Source of the DNA: the human T2T-CHM13v2.0 reference genome, Homo sapiens
DNA length: 64,000 bases
Direction: 5' to 3' (one strand)
NCBI RefSeq assembly: GCF_009914755.1
Contig: NC_060944.1
The position numbers were made by a program, and so were the translations under genes. Below the pieces are notes generated by a model. That model was given only the letters and a program-made list of their open reading frames with translations. It ran no database searches and had not been told where the DNA came from. This document shows, piece after piece, positions 16,289 through 32,031 of this stretch. Positions within the stretch are counted from its first letter, which is position 1, and every line of letters begins with the position of its first letter.

Positions 16289-16626
16289 CTCCAGCCTGGG
16301 CAACGGAATAAGACCCTGTCTCAAAAAATAAAATAAAAATCCAGGCACAGTGGCTTATACCTGTAATTCCAGCACTTTGGGAGGCCGAGGCAGGCAGATC
16401 CTTTGAGCTCAGGAGTTCGAGACCAGCCTGGGCAACAGGACGAAATGCTGTTTCTAAAAAAAAATGCAAAAGTCAGCCGGGCGTGGTGGTGTGCCCCTGT
16501 AGTCCTAGCTACTTTGGGGGCCGACGTGGGGAGGATCATTTAAGCTCAGGAGGTGGAGGCTGCAGTGAGCCAAGATCACACCACTGCACTCCAACCTGGG
16601 TGACAGAGCCAGACTCTGTTGAAAAA
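16289..16626 (+). mobile_element. Alu 3' fragment (16289-16340) followed by AluJ (16341-16626)
   Basis: ctccagcctgggcaac...ctcaaaaaataaaataaaaa then a full Alu with gaggatcatttaagctcagg. Confidence 0.93.
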
Positions 16627-17473
16627 ACCAAGTCTTTTCCCAGATGGCAGGGACCCCTTCAAGAACACAGTGGCTGCCATGTCCTTTTGCTATGACTTCA
16701 TCTTTCATTCACCATTTCCTTACTTTCTGGCATAATGAGATATTCTAGGTTCATCTCGTCATCATGCATTTTCTGCCTCAGCCTTGGCATTAGTCATTTC
16801 TTGGAGTAGCCCTGATTCATTTCAGTGAAGGGTGATATTTACAACCAAGATCTGGGCACTCAGTGTACTCATTACACCTGGGATGTAGGTATATGTGTGT
16901 GTGCGTGCATGCACATGTGTGTACACACATACTCCTGCTTATTCAACTAAAAATTATTTGCATGTGTGTCTCTCTCTCTATATATATATGTACATACACA
17001 CACACACGCACACACACACGAATCATGAGTTTATACCAAAACCTCCAAATCCAATCCAATACCTCAAGGTTATTTCTAGCCTTCTCCTTTTACATTTGTA
17101 AATATCTTAGGCAATGAGAATCTTGGCTCTCATTATCCCCAATATATGTACTAATTTATTCAATTGCTTTGCTTATTTGTTTCATATAACCTATCTTCCA
17201 CCATCGCAACATCCTCTCACCGTCCTGCATCTGCGGCTGCTGTGACTGTCAGCCCACACACCTCCACAAAGCCCCCCCCGACACCACCGCCCCAGCCAGC
17301 CTCCTCGGCCATGAGGCCCATGGGCCTCACACTTTGGCATGACCCCCCACCTCCAGCCCTGTGTCCTTGCCACTGACTAGTGCCTTCACCAGCCCACTTC
17401 CTGCATTATTTCCAATCACTCAATTTGGCCAATCTTACAGTTTCAACAAAAATATCAATGTTGTCATTTTAAC

Positions 17474-17770
17474 TTTTTTTCTTTTTCTGAGACAGAGTCT
17501 CACTCTGTCACCCAGGCTAGAGTGCAGGGGCGCAGTCTCAGCTCACTGCAACCTCCGCCTCCCGGGTTCAAGCGATCCTCATGCCTTAGCCTCCTAAGTA
17601 GCTGCGATTACAGCCATGTGCCACCACACCTGGCTAATTTTTGTATTTTTGGTAGAGATAGGGTTTCATCACGTTGGCTGGGCTGGCATCAGACTCCTGA
17701 CCTCAGGTGATCTGCTTGCCTCGGCCTCCTGAAGTGCTGGGATTACAGATGTGAGCCACCATGCCCGGCC
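17474..17770 (-). mobile_element. AluS
   Basis: Full Alu; TSD tcattt(t/g)aact. Confidence 0.95.
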
Positions 17771-18178
17771 TCATTTGAACTCCTTAATCATCAACAAGGT
17801 TGAGTATCTTTTCTTGTTGTTTCTTATTTGAATGGCTTGTTCATTTATTTTGCCCATTTTTCTACTATGTTGAGCTATTCTCTTCTTGATATGAGAGTTC
17901 TTTGTACTGTAGAGATGTTGGATCTTGGTTCCTTGCAACCAATTATCTTTTGATTTTGCTTATGGTATATGTTACCATTTAACATTTTTATGTAATAAAA
18001 TAAGACTTCTTATTTAGGGTTTTATATTCCCCAAGTTTTATATAGATATATTTTTCCTACCATTTTAAACATTCAGAAAATATATACCTCGCTCATCTCT
18101 CTGGAATATATTTTGGTATTTGAAGGAAGTTTGGAATTTTTTTTTCCTCCCAAATGTGTAGCCATTTATCTCAACATC

Positions 18179-18471
<293 letters not shown>

Positions 18472-19084
18472 CCTATATATTTTATTGTATAATCCATAAA
18501 CTTCTGACTAATTTGAACTCTGCCTTTATTACAAATTAAACTTTGGTATACACTTGGGTGTAATTTGGATTATCCATTCTGTTTCCCTCATTTGTCTGTT
18601 TCTTTAGGCAACACAATATGTTATTGATTACTGTAGTTTTATAATACTACAGTAATTTTTAAATATCTGGTAAGGAAAATCCCCCTTTAATGTTCTTTTT
18701 AAAGGATTTTTACAGCATTATACATTTATTTTTGGGGGCAGAATTTAGAATTATTTTTTGTTAAAATCCGAAAAAGTGTTTTTGATATTTTAATTTGGAT
18801 TGCATTAAATTTTAGACTATTTTGAGGAGAATATATATTTTTATGGTGTTAGATCTACATACAAGGTACCTATCAGTATTCATGCAGTCTTTTCTTATAT
18901 GTTAAGTTTCTAAGCCGTGCTTTACATTTCTCTGCATTACAGGCTCTGCACGTTTCCTATTATGTTCATCCCTAAGAATTTTCTGGGTTTTTTTTTTTTT
19001 TTTTTTTTTTGCTATTGGGAAATGAATCTTTTATTCCATCATATTTTCTAACTAGCTGTTACTTATATATGTCAGAGTATAGAG

Positions 19085-19305
19085 GGAGGAAGTAGTCTCT
19101 GGTGGTTAAACACATGGGCTTTGGAATAGGACCACCTGGGTTTTCATCCTGGCTCTGATATTCAAAGCTGTGTGAATGCAGCCTGGTGACGTCACCTCTC
19201 TGAGCCTATGTCCTCATTTTTACCATAAGGATAAAAATAATACCTATTTCATGGAAATGTTCATGTTACATAGTAAGTCCTTAACAAATATTAGCTATTA
19301 TTTAA
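19085..19305 (+). mobile_element. MIR
   Basis: gtggttaaacacatgggctttggaa...cacctctctgagcc...tagtaagtccttaacaaatattagctatta. Confidence 0.8.
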
Positions 19306-19510
19306 AATTTTTGTAATAAGCCATTTTAGTGAGCTATTCTATTGTATATATATTTTCTAACTTATTATATTGTTATTCCTGTATTATCATATTATATTGA
19401 ATTATTATTTTATTTCTAATGGTTTATCAGTTGACTCTCTTAGATTTTTGGGAAGGTGATTATATAATATATAAATATTTTGCTGCCTTCTTTCCAAAAG
19501 TTATATCTTA

Positions 19511-19642
19511 TTTTATTTTTTCTGTAGAGATGAGGTGTCGCTATGTTGGCCAGGCTGATCTTGTACTCCTGGCTTCAAGAGATCATCCTGCCTCGGCTTC
19601 CTAAAGTGCTGGGATTACAGGTATGAGCCACTATGCCTGGCC
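19511..19642 (-). mobile_element. Alu left monomer / FLAM
   Basis: tgtagagatgaggtgtcgctatgttggccagg...gagccactatgcctggcc. Confidence 0.9.
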
Positions 19643-20344
19643 CCTCTTATATTATTTTCTTATTTACTTGTGGATGCCCTGATTCTGTTTTATCAGAAGA
19701 AATGCTCCTATGGCTGAAGTTTTGAGTAAGATGTTAGTTATTGGAGACATAAATATGTCTCCATACAGTAGTTATCTATAGATAGCTAAATACCCAGATA
19801 TTTAGCTTACAAAAGTTACAAAATTATTTTTAACTTCATTATAAATTGATATTTCATTTTAGCTAATACCTTTTGGGAGGGCATGAAGGAGATGACTTTG
19901 TCATTTTTCTATTTTAACCCATTGATATGGTAAATCATATCTATAGATTTCCTAATATTGAACCATCCTTGTAGTCTTGGTGCAAACCCCTGCTTGGACA
20001 TATTATGGTAGTTATATGATGTACTGTTGTAAGTGATTCATTAATATTTTATTTAATGTTTGGGATCAATTTGCTTTTTTCTTGTTGTTTTCAGCTTTTA
20101 GTGCTACTTTTATGCCTGCTTTATTTAAAATTCAAAAAAATTCTTCTTTCTAAATGCATTGGAACACTATTTTTATTCCTTAATTATATTTTTAAAATTG
20201 TATTTTACCATACAGTAAAATTGACTTTATTTGGAGAGTGTACAGTTCTATGAGTTTTGACAGATATATATATATAATCAGCACATATCAAGGCATAGGA
20301 CAATTCCATCATTACATAAAGCTCTCTTGTGGTTGCTAACCAGC

Positions 20345-20622
20345 AGGGAAGGCAGAGGAGGAAGGGAGGGAAGAGGAGTAAGAGGAAGAAGAAGAAAGAA
20401 AGATGGAGGGAGGGAGAGAAAGGGAAAAAGAGAAAGAGAAAGAAAGGAAGGGAGGAAAGGGGGAAAAAGGGAGGAAGGGAAGGAGGGGGAGGAAAAAAGG
20501 GAAAGAGAGGTGAAGGGAAGGAGAGAAAAGTGTGAGAGAGGGAGGAGGGAGGAAGGGAAGGCTGAAGCAGGGAGGAAGGAGAGGAGAGAGAGGGAGAGGG
20601 AAAGGGAGAAGGGGAGAGAAGA
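20345..20622 (+). repeat. GA-rich polypurine low-complexity tract
   Basis: About 280 bp almost all A/G; unbroken purines at 20405-20510. Confidence 0.95.
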
Positions 20623-21891
20623 TGATGATGATCAGAAGGAACTTGTGGAACAGAATCAAACATTCCTCAGGGGTTCCCAGAATTGTTTTTATGGGGAACC
20701 TAGCAGAAGGATGGATTATGGTTGGGAAGGCTAAGAGTCATAGTAATTTGGATCTTAAAATTACTTTCTGGTCAAAGACTGTTGAAACCTGAGAACATAT
20801 TGGTGAATGTTTGTTTGGAAGTAACTGTTGAAGCCTATTAATTTTCTTCTGAATACAGCTTTAACTGTTTCAGTTTATTTGTCCTTTCAGCCAGGAGTTG
20901 TTGGTGGGGAGAAAATGTCTGAATTTTTATTTTTTGGTTTGCCTTTACTATTAATTTATGCTTCTATTGCATGAAGTTCAGAGCTTGTGAACTGTACTAT
21001 ATCTACTATACAAATCTAAAAGATATGTACTATATCTTTTAGATTTTTTTAGGTTTCCTTTGTAGCCTAGCACATGTCAAATATTCCACTGGCATGTGAA
21101 GAAAAGGAATATTCTCTGTTTTCTGTGGACAGAGTTTAACATATTATATATACACATATTTGATCAATGTCATTAATTATATTATTTAAATTATTTATAG
21201 CTTTAATTATTTCTGAGAGGAGGGAGTTAAAGTTTTCTATTCTTGTGTTTCTCCTGATTTCACATTGTATTTATCTAAGAGTTTTTGCTTCATGTCTTTT
21301 GATGTTACATTATCTGGAATCATGTCATTGACAATCATTCTCATTGTGTTTTACATCCTTTATCAGCATGGGTAATGCTTTGTCTCATTTGATAATTTTT
21401 TTGGTTTCATTTCAACTTTGTTGATATTAGTGTCATGAATCCTAATTTCTTTTAGTTCATATTTGCCCGGCAGGTTCCCAAAAATCATTTCTTTAAAATT
21501 CCTTCCCAATCCTTTCCTTTTCTCTCACTCCCTCCTGCCCCCATCTTAACTATCCAGTTACTGATATAGTTTATCACATGTTTTTACTTTCTAAAAAGAG
21601 ATATATTTATCTCTCTTCCTTGATTTCTTAGCTCAAGATACAAAACAATGTATAATAGTGTATAGTGAGTCTCTACCATAAAAAATTACAAGATCTGTGG
21701 ATTCATACTTCCTCCTTATTTCAACTTTGTTATGATCTGAGATTTTTATCATAGGCCATTGTAGGTATTCCATTTTAATTGTTTATTTTTACATAATATA
21801 GATTTTCTTTGAGGAGTTATAATTTTGACTTAAAATTAAATTTCACAGTTTTTGAGGCTTGATTTTATATTTAAAAGGATCCAAGATTCAC

Positions 21892-22187
21892 TTTTTTTTC
21901 CCCCCGAGATAGGGTCTCACTCTGTCGCCCAGGCTGGAGTGCATTCTTGCAGTCATGGCTCACTGCAGCCTCCACTTCTGTGGCTTAAGTGGTCCTCCCA
22001 TCTCAGCCTCCTGAGTAGCTGATGGTACAGGCATGCGCCACCACACCCAGCTAATTTTTAAATTTTTTGTGGAAACTGAGTTTCTCTATATTGCCTAGGC
22101 TGGTCTTGAACTCCTGGGCTCAAGTGATCCTCCCACCTCAGCCTCCCCGAGTGCTGAGATTACAGATATGAACCACTGTGCTGGGCC
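21892..22187 (-). mobile_element. AluJ
   Basis: ctcctgggctcaagtgatcc; TSD aagattcactt. Confidence 0.95.
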
Positions 22188-22288
22188 CAAGATTCACTTC
22201 TTAACCTCTTCTTTACCCTTCCTTCAATAGCTTTCCTATTCCTGACTTCTTTATTTTGAATTATCTTTTGGTTTTCTGGGTTTTATTA

Positions 22289-22597
<309 letters not shown>

Positions 22598-23550
22598 TGG
22601 GTTTTATTATTGAAAAGCATTTTTTAAAAGAAATGTTGATGAATCCTACAGTCCCTGAATTTAGGTACTTCTATGCACACAAGGAAGATTATGTGAGATG
22701 ATGGATATGTTAACAATTTGCTTGACTGTAGCAGTTATTCCATTGTGTATATGTACATCAAAACATTTTATTATACCTTAAATACATACAATGAATTTTT
22801 TAGCAGGAAAAAAAGCTAAAAACAATGACAAAAATAAAAAACCTCACATCCGTTTATTAAGTATAAAGTTTTTAAGTCATACTTTTATGCCCTCAAACCT
22901 CTGCAGATGCTATGCTGGTCTTCTGATATCAAATATTAATATGGAGAAATCAATGGGGGCAGTCTGATATTCTCCCTTTAATTGGTAACTTGGTATTACT
23001 GGCGAGGCACTTATATAATTATCCTTCTTAAATGCCTTAAGTTGAAGATCTTTATCACAATATATCTAGATTTTCATCTTTCTCTACTAATGTTTTTTTG
23101 AAAGCCATATACTTTTCAATCTTCACATTCAGTATTTTTTCTTTATTATATGATGGATCATTTCCATGGTACATTTTTTCTGTTCTCTCCTTTAAGGATG
23201 CTACTTATCGTTATGTTTACTTCCATTGTGTGTCATACATAACAATCATCCGCTCTAAATTGTTTCTGACTCTTTGACCTTTTTCCTTTGCATTTTGGGT
23301 GATTTTTCTATTATCCTATCTTGAATTCTCCCTCTTTATATTCCTGCTGTTGTCAGTTCTGTCCTGGCTGTTTCTTATCTATTTAATAGGAACATAATCC
23401 AATTATTCTGGTTCACAACTTATTAACTTGGCTCTGCAATTCTTCCAATCTTATCCTGCTAAATTTTCATCTCATCTTTGGCTTTTTTGAGACTATGATA
23501 CATCTGTGGTCTAATTTTTTTTTTAATGTTTCTAAAATGTCTTCTTCTGA

Positions 23551-23858
<308 letters not shown>

Positions 23859-24016
23859 GCCTTGAGCCCTTTCCTAAGGGTACTAATTTCATTCATGATG
23901 GCGGAGCCCTCATGACTTAATCACCCCTCGAAGGCCCAACCTCTTAATACCATCACTTTGGGGGTTAAGTCCCATTGCATGAATTCTGGAGGGACACATA
24001 CCTTCAAAGCATAGCC
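23859..24016 (-). mobile_element. MaLR LTR fragment (MST/MLT1A-type 5' half)
   Basis: ccctcatgacttaatcacc...cttaataccatcactttggggg...gggacacata...caaagcatagc. Confidence 0.8.
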
Positions 24017-25041
24017 GTCCCCGTTGCTAGCTTCAGAACTGCTATTCTTGGTCATTTAAAAGTGTATGTCTATTTGTGGTTGTCATTCTATTCAATTTGG
24101 GGAGAGAGACATTGAGTGAGCCTGCATTTACTTTACCATCTTTCCTCGGATGTTTCAGATAATTTTAGAGCAAACCTCACAAAATAATTTAGTTATTCAA
24201 TTCCATATTTCAAAAGTAGCTGTAATTACTCTTTGCGGCACATTTTCATATCACCGTTTCCTTACATTACCTCATTTAATCCTCTGGCAGCCTATTGAGA
24301 TAGGAATTATTATGCCCATTTTCTAGTGGCTTTCACTCATCCATAGCAGTGAGTTGATGTGGATTAGATTTGTTCAACTCTAAATTTTGTGTCTTTTCCA
24401 CTACACTGCACTTCTTTTCAAAAAACGAAATAATAACCTCCTGGCTCTATGCTGGCGAGTGCGTTTGTCAGAGAAATTGGATGCTACAAGGCATCACTTA
24501 CTGTATCTACTCTACCTAAGGGCATGTTTAATTGAACTTAATTGGAACAACTACCCAGGGTTTTAAATTTTTATTATTATTTTTACTAGCTCACTCTTAA
24601 GCCAAAAACTCACCCTCATTTAAAGCAGGTGTTATTATAAATTCAACTATATATAAATGTGGTGTTCGTCTCTGTTGGAAATAGGAGAAATATAACAAAA
24701 GCACTGGCTCACCATTGGGTTGGGATTTTCAGCCTGCCTCCTTTTTCCGTTCCACTGTGGGATGGACCACTTTCTTGTTATGCAGAGGAAAAAACACTGT
24801 GATCCTTGTCTTGGCTGTGTGACCAGAACAAGTTACTTAACATCTCTGGTCTTCATCTCTCTCTGCTGGGAATGAAAATATAAGGTCATATACTCTTCCT
24901 ACCTTTAAGGTTTCAGACTTCATGAAATCCAAGTCTGGGAACTGACTCCAGACCATAGCTTCAGCATGGGCTTTGCTATATTGCTGGGCAGTCTTGGGAA
25001 AGTTCCTTCCTTTCTTTGGGTCTCAGTTTGCCCATCTGTAA

Positions 25042-25482
<441 letters not shown>

Positions 25483-25810
25483 TAAAAAGTGTTCTATTGT
25501 TAACAAATGAAAAAATTGTTCTGAGATATTTCTTCCCATACAGTCTCTCCCTGAAGGAGATTTCTCCAGGTGAACGTTCTTAGAAACTAAAACTTACTAC
25601 CTTAAGCACCATTTTGGTTTGATATTGAATGGAAATCAATATAAAGTGGAATTAGACATCTTGCCTTATTTACAGTAAGGCACTGAACATTAACTTTTTC
25701 TTGCTGTTAAGGATCACTATTTTGAATATCAACGTGACTCACTGATGTCTTGAAGACATGGGCAGGTGAAAATGACCCTCAGCCCTTTCCATGACTGTCT
25801 CCACATGACT

Positions 25811-25872
25811 CTTCCTTCCTTCCTTCCTTCCTTCCTTCCTTCCTTCCTTCCTTCCTTCCTTCTTTCCTTCCT
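25811..25872. repeat. (TTCC)n microsatellite derived from an Alu tail
   Basis: About 12 perfect CTTC units abutting the AluJ 3' end. Confidence 0.95.
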
Positions 25873-26136
25873 CTTGCTCTGTTGCTGGAGTACAGTGGCA
25901 CAATCATAGCTCACTGCAGCCTTGAACTCTTGGGTTCAAGCAGCCCTCCTGCTTAGCCCCCTGAGTAGCTAGGATTACAGGTGCGTGCCACTACACCTGG
26001 CTAATTTGTAAATTTTTTGGAGATGCAGAGTCTTGCTATATTGCCCAGGCTGGTCTCAAACTCCTGGCTTCAAGGGGTCCTCCTGCCTAAGCCTCCCAAA
26101 ACTTTGGGATCATAGGTGTGAGCCACTGTGCCTGCC
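25873..26136 (-). mobile_element. AluJ
   Basis: caatcatagctcactgcagccttgaactc J-type motif. Confidence 0.93.
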
Positions 26137-26331
26137 AAGTATGCTTCTTTAGTTTGTATACTGTTTTCTGTGATTCCCTCTTTACCCCATGGCTGTCAGG
26201 AGGTCTGAAGTCCTTACTCCTTTTTGCATTGAGGGGTCCTCCTAGGCTCTGAGAAGAAAGTCTCCCCATCTTTGTAGCCTACTTTTCTCTCCACAAATTT
26301 AGAGCCAGAAACCTGGTTGTCTCAGGACATC

Positions 26332-26619
<288 letters not shown>

Positions 26620-26959
26620 GTCTCAGGACATCTTTATTGGTTACTCCAAAGATTACCTCCAATCTAACACCCTCCCTTCACTTCCCCAGCGACAGCCTCT
26701 TTCCTGCGAAGCCTTCTCCTCTCTGTGCATGGCAGGAACCCGTGACTCATTTTGGATTCTCCCATCTTCCTCAGCTTCGCCATCCAATTAGTTACCCTGG
26801 CCAGTCCTGGTTCTGTCCCCAAGACAGCTTGATAACTTTCAGCACATCCTTTAACCTCTCTGGGCCTTAGTTTCCTCAGGAAGGAAGAAAAGGAGGTACA
26901 GAAAGATAAAAAGGAAGAAACGTTTACTGAGCTCCTTCTCCTTGCTATAGGCAAGGAAT

Positions 26960-27140
26960 TTGACACCAACCAGATTGGTTCAGATCCATCCTTGCTACTT
27001 GTTAGTTTTGTGCTCTTGGCAAAATAACACATTCCCTTTCTGAGCTTGTTTCCTCATCTCTAAAACGGGGGTGGTAATATGTATGTTGAGGAAGAAATGA
27101 CAGTGGGCCTGGCACGTAGTAAGCATTTGGTATATGTTAG
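26960..27140 (+). mobile_element. MIR
   Basis: ggttcagatccatc...ctgagcttgtttcctcatctctaaaacgggg...cctggcacgtagtaagc. Confidence 0.8.
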
Positions 27141-27778
27141 CCAGCGTGCCTGTCCTCCCTCCTGTCTCCCTTCCGCTTTCCTTCCTTGCCTCATTGAGAG
27201 CCTGTTTGGCTGTATTTTTCCATCCAGGCAATTACTCTCCCCACAAGTGTGTGCATTGTTTGGGAGTCGGGCTGTGAGATGAGGTTATGAGTTGCAAACA
27301 CAACAGCTCCTCCAGCTTCTGTCGCTGGCCTACAAATGTCACGTTCATCCAAATAGCAATTTCAGGGCACACTTCTTTCCTGATTTGTTAGTACTTCTGA
27401 AAAATTAAATGGAGAGAACTTTGAGGTGCCAAGGAACATGATGAACTCATTGCAGAAGCAGAGCCAGCTCTTCCTCCACCCTCCAAAGCTCTAAAATTAG
27501 ACTCAGCAAACCCTGCGAGGAGAGCTCAGCCCACTCTTGACCCCAAAGCAAAGGGTGTCCTGTTTGCCATGAGGTCTTGGGTAGCCTGAAGGCCTCAGTT
27601 TGGGGGACAGACCCTCAAGACTGAAGCAGAGCCTATGACGTCTCTCCCTCCCTCTGTCTACTTCCATCTGGAACTAGGTGCCACTGGAGATGCTGAGCAG
27701 TGACGAGCCACATTTAATTGTTTCCTCTTTTAGAATCAACTTTATTGGGGTATAATTGATGAATGATCAAATGCACCA

Positions 27779-28120
<342 letters not shown>

Positions 28121-28124
28121 GCGC

Positions 28125-29420
28125 ACCCATTTCAAGTGTCCAATTCAATGGGCTTTGACAGATGTCCACATTCATAGAACTATCACCACAATAAAAACAT
28201 AGAACATTTCTATCACCCCAGCAATTTTTATTTAAAATTCAGAAATATTATAACCATCCAGAAATGTTCAGAGATTAATATAATGAAATAATGCTTACAA
28301 ATCTACCACCAAGGATTAGCAGATGTTACTGTGTTGCTACATTTGCTGTGATTTGTCCTCATTTCTTTCTCTCTCTCTCCCTCCCTTCATGTCCACTCTG
28401 AGAAAGAAAGAAAATTAAATAAAAACTCTTTTAAAGAAATGAAACATTATCAGTACAGTCAGAGCCTTCCTTATCCCAATGCTCATAGATAACTACTGTC
28501 ACTACCCATGTTTTAAAGGGACATGTCTTACTCATGTTTAAAAACTTAACTGCCCTGTGCATGATCACAAAAAATATACAGCTTTGTTAGGTGGGCTTTT
28601 GACATTTATGTACAATAATGGTGTATGTGTCCTTTTGTAACTTACTGTAACTTGACATGTGCTTTAAAGATTCATTCACCTTTTTTACAAGTAGATCTAG
28701 TTCATTTGCCTTAAATTAGTATTCTAGTGTAAGAAGGTTTTAAAATTTACTAACCCAATCCCCTACTGATAGGCATTTAGGCTGTTCTCTTTCTCTTCCC
28801 AATAACATCAGTGCTGCAGTGCAAATCCTGAGCCCATGTATAGGAATTACTCTTTTGGGATATTTATCTGAAAGTGGAACTGTTGGCTCAGAAGGCCCCA
28901 GGGCATGAACCTCTCCAGCTTTGCTAGATATTGCCAAATTGCTCTCCCAGGTAAGAGTATCAACACCCTCTTCCTAAAAGTTCCTGTCTTTCCCATCTCC
29001 TCTGCAACATTTGGTTAGATTTTTTTCCCCCACTCTGATGTTTATGAAATAGTCTTTTGGTTGCTTTAATTTGCATTTCCTTGGTCAACAGTGAAGCTGA
29101 GCGTGTATTTATAAATTTATTGGGCTTTAGAGTTTCTTCTGTGAATGCTTGTGGATGTTTTTGTCTCTTTTTCCGTTTGCTTTTTAAATTGGATTGTAAA
29201 AATTCTTTATGTATTATAGATATTAATCCCTTATCAGTTATATGTATCGTAAATATTTTCTCCAAGCCTGTGGCCTCTCTCTTAATTTTGGTTTTGGTGC
29301 TTTTTGGTCATAGAAATTTTAAGTTTTAATGCAGTCAAATTTTTCTCTGTGGTTTATGCTTTTTGTGAATTGTTTAAGAAATCCTTCTCTACTCCAACAA
29401 CATTTTCTACACTTTCTTCT
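28125..29420 (-). mobile_element. L1M (L1MB/ME-like) 3' fragments
   Basis: Minus-strand ORF 28960-29265 EKIFTIHITDKGLISIIHKE...KEMQIKAT is an L1 ORF2 C-terminal remnant. Confidence 0.8.
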
Positions 29421-30220
29421 AAAAGAGATAAGGGTTATTCTTCCCATTTGACAGATAAGGAAATGGAAGAGGTGACTTGTCCAAAGTCCACGGATGTAGG
29501 TGGCAGATCCAGGACTGGCCCGCTGTGTGCTGATTCTAAACCCAGCATGCTTTTCTTCACTTGGGGCCCTGGTGTTGAGAGCCGGATCTGGGAAGCAGAT
29601 GATCGTGGTTCAGTGTGGTCTTGACCTGTGGTGGATGGACACTGGGCGGACCATGTCCTCTCTCTGTGGCTCCTCTTGGTGGTCCTATGGTCAGGGAGGC
29701 TCATGACTTTTCCTTTGCCGGATGTGTCAGTGAATACTGAGTTCCTAAAGGTCAGCTTTGGAAGAGATTTGGGGCCATGTGTTATACATGGAGAAACTGA
29801 GACCCTGATTGGGGGAGAAAGTTGCTCTGGACTTGCCCGTGGCTTATCCCACCTGCCAAGGGGCACAGTTCCAGCACTGCCTGGCTCCCATTCTGAACCC
29901 ACTTGGGCCTCGCCATCCTGGCCTGGCCACTGGACAACAGTAGCCACCAATGGGGAGGACACAGGCCACCTGCCAGGTGACTGCACATCTGCCCCTTGAC
30001 TTTGTCCTCATAGCAGCCTTAGGGCTGGCAACTGTCATCTCCATTTTACAGAGGAGGAACTTGAAATTTAGAGAGGGTAATTGATTTGGCCAAATTCATA
30101 CACAGAGGCAGGAAACCCTGATCCCCATGATTCCAAAGCTCATCCTGTGTGACCCAGGATCCTGCTCTGTATTGGAGGTGACTGAGTCAACACTGAAGAA
30201 GCAGCTCCTTCTCTGATTGA

Positions 30221-30665
<445 letters not shown>

Positions 30666-31044
30666 TAAATCAAGGAGGTTTTCATAGCTCATGGCCCATC
30701 CACACACAGCCTCTGCCACTCCCACATCAGACTGAGTGGGCAGGGAATGTCCTACTTTCATCCATTCATTCCATCCCTTATTCACTTAATTTTAACTGGG
30801 CAGAGAGTCAGGGTGACGTGTGGCCTGGTCAGAGTCCTGTGCCATCTTACTTAACTCTCAGAGCCTCAGTTTCTTCATGTATAAAATAGGCACAATGAAC
30901 ACTCAACTCCTCAAACTGCTGTGAAGGTTAACTGAGAGGAACAAGCCTGTGGTTATGATTCCATGGCCAGTTTACCATGGGGTCTGTGACTGCTGCCTCG
31001 GCTCTACCATCTGAGCTCAGGGCTGCCTGGCCTGGAATGGAGGG

Positions 31045-31250
31045 GTGGGTAAGAGCACAGGCTCTGAAGCCAGAGTACCTGGATTCAAATCCTCCCACCA
31101 CCCTGACTAGCTGTGTGATTTTCAGCAATATACTAAGCTTTTTGGTGCCACATTTCCTCATTTAAAAAATTATGTTAATAATAATGCCTACCCTATGACA
31201 TTGTCATGAATACGAAAAAAAGTTAATACATGTGAAACACAAAGAACCAT
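31045..31250 (+). mobile_element. MIR
   Basis: aagagcacaggctctgaagccagagtacctggattcaaatcc. Confidence 0.85.
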
Positions 31251-32031
31251 GTAATTATAGACAAAACTGTGTCTCCTCCAACCCCACCCCAGATTCATAT
31301 GTTAAGGCCCTCTCAATTTGACTGTATTTGGAGATAGGGCCTTTAAGGAGGTAATTAGGGTGATATGGTTTGGCTGTGTCCCCACCAAAATCTCACCTTG
31401 AATCGTAATAATCTGCACATGTCAAGGGTGGGGCCAGGGGGAGATAATTGAATCATGGGGGCAGTTTTCCCCATACTGTTGTCATGGTAGCAAATAAGTC
31501 TCATGAGATCTGATGGTTTTATAAATGGGCATTCCCCTGCACAGGCTCTCTTGCAGGCACCTTGTGAGACATGACTTTGCTCCTCATTAGCCTTCTGCCA
31601 TGATTGTGAGGCCCCAGCCATTTGGAACTGAGTCAATTAAACCTCTTCTCTTTGTAAATGACCCAGCCTCGGGTATGTCTTTATTAGCAGAGTGAGAACA
31701 GACTAATACATAGGGTTAAACGAGGTCATAAGGGAAGTGGGGGCGGGGCTAATCAGATGGGATTGATGTCCTTGTAAGAAGAGAAGAGACAACTGAGATA
31801 GCTCTTCCCCCCATGACCTTTCCCTCTCTTTCTTGTGTGCACAGAGGAAAGGCCATGTGAGGACACATCAAGAAGGTGGCCATCTGCAAGCCAGGAAGTG
31901 AGGCCTCACCAGACGCCAGCCCTGCTGACTCCTGATCTTGGACTTTCAGCCTCCAGGACAGAAATAAATTTCTATTGTTTAAGCCACCCAGTCTGTGGTA
32001 TTCTCTTATGGCAGCCTGAGCAGACTAATAT
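31251..32031 (+). mobile_element. MLT1A-type solo LTR split by THE1
   Basis: gtatttggagatagggcctttaaggaggtaattaggg|ttaaacgaggtc; ggccatgtgaggacac; aataaatttctattgtttaagccacccagtctgtggta. Confidence 0.88.
31361..31710 (+). mobile_element. THE1 (THE1C-like) solo LTR
   Basis: TG...CA ends (tgatatggtttggctgtgtcccc ... gactaataca); perfect 5-bp TSD taggg. Confidence 0.93.

Noticed and set aside
20205-20792. Overlapping Arg/Glu/Gly-rich and Pro/Ser/Phe-rich ORFs
   Set aside because: Artefacts of a stop-poor polypurine tract
29435-29999. 183-aa and 123-aa ORFs in GC-richer DNA
   Set aside because: No recognisable domain, partly MIR-derived, overlapping on both strands as expected by chance
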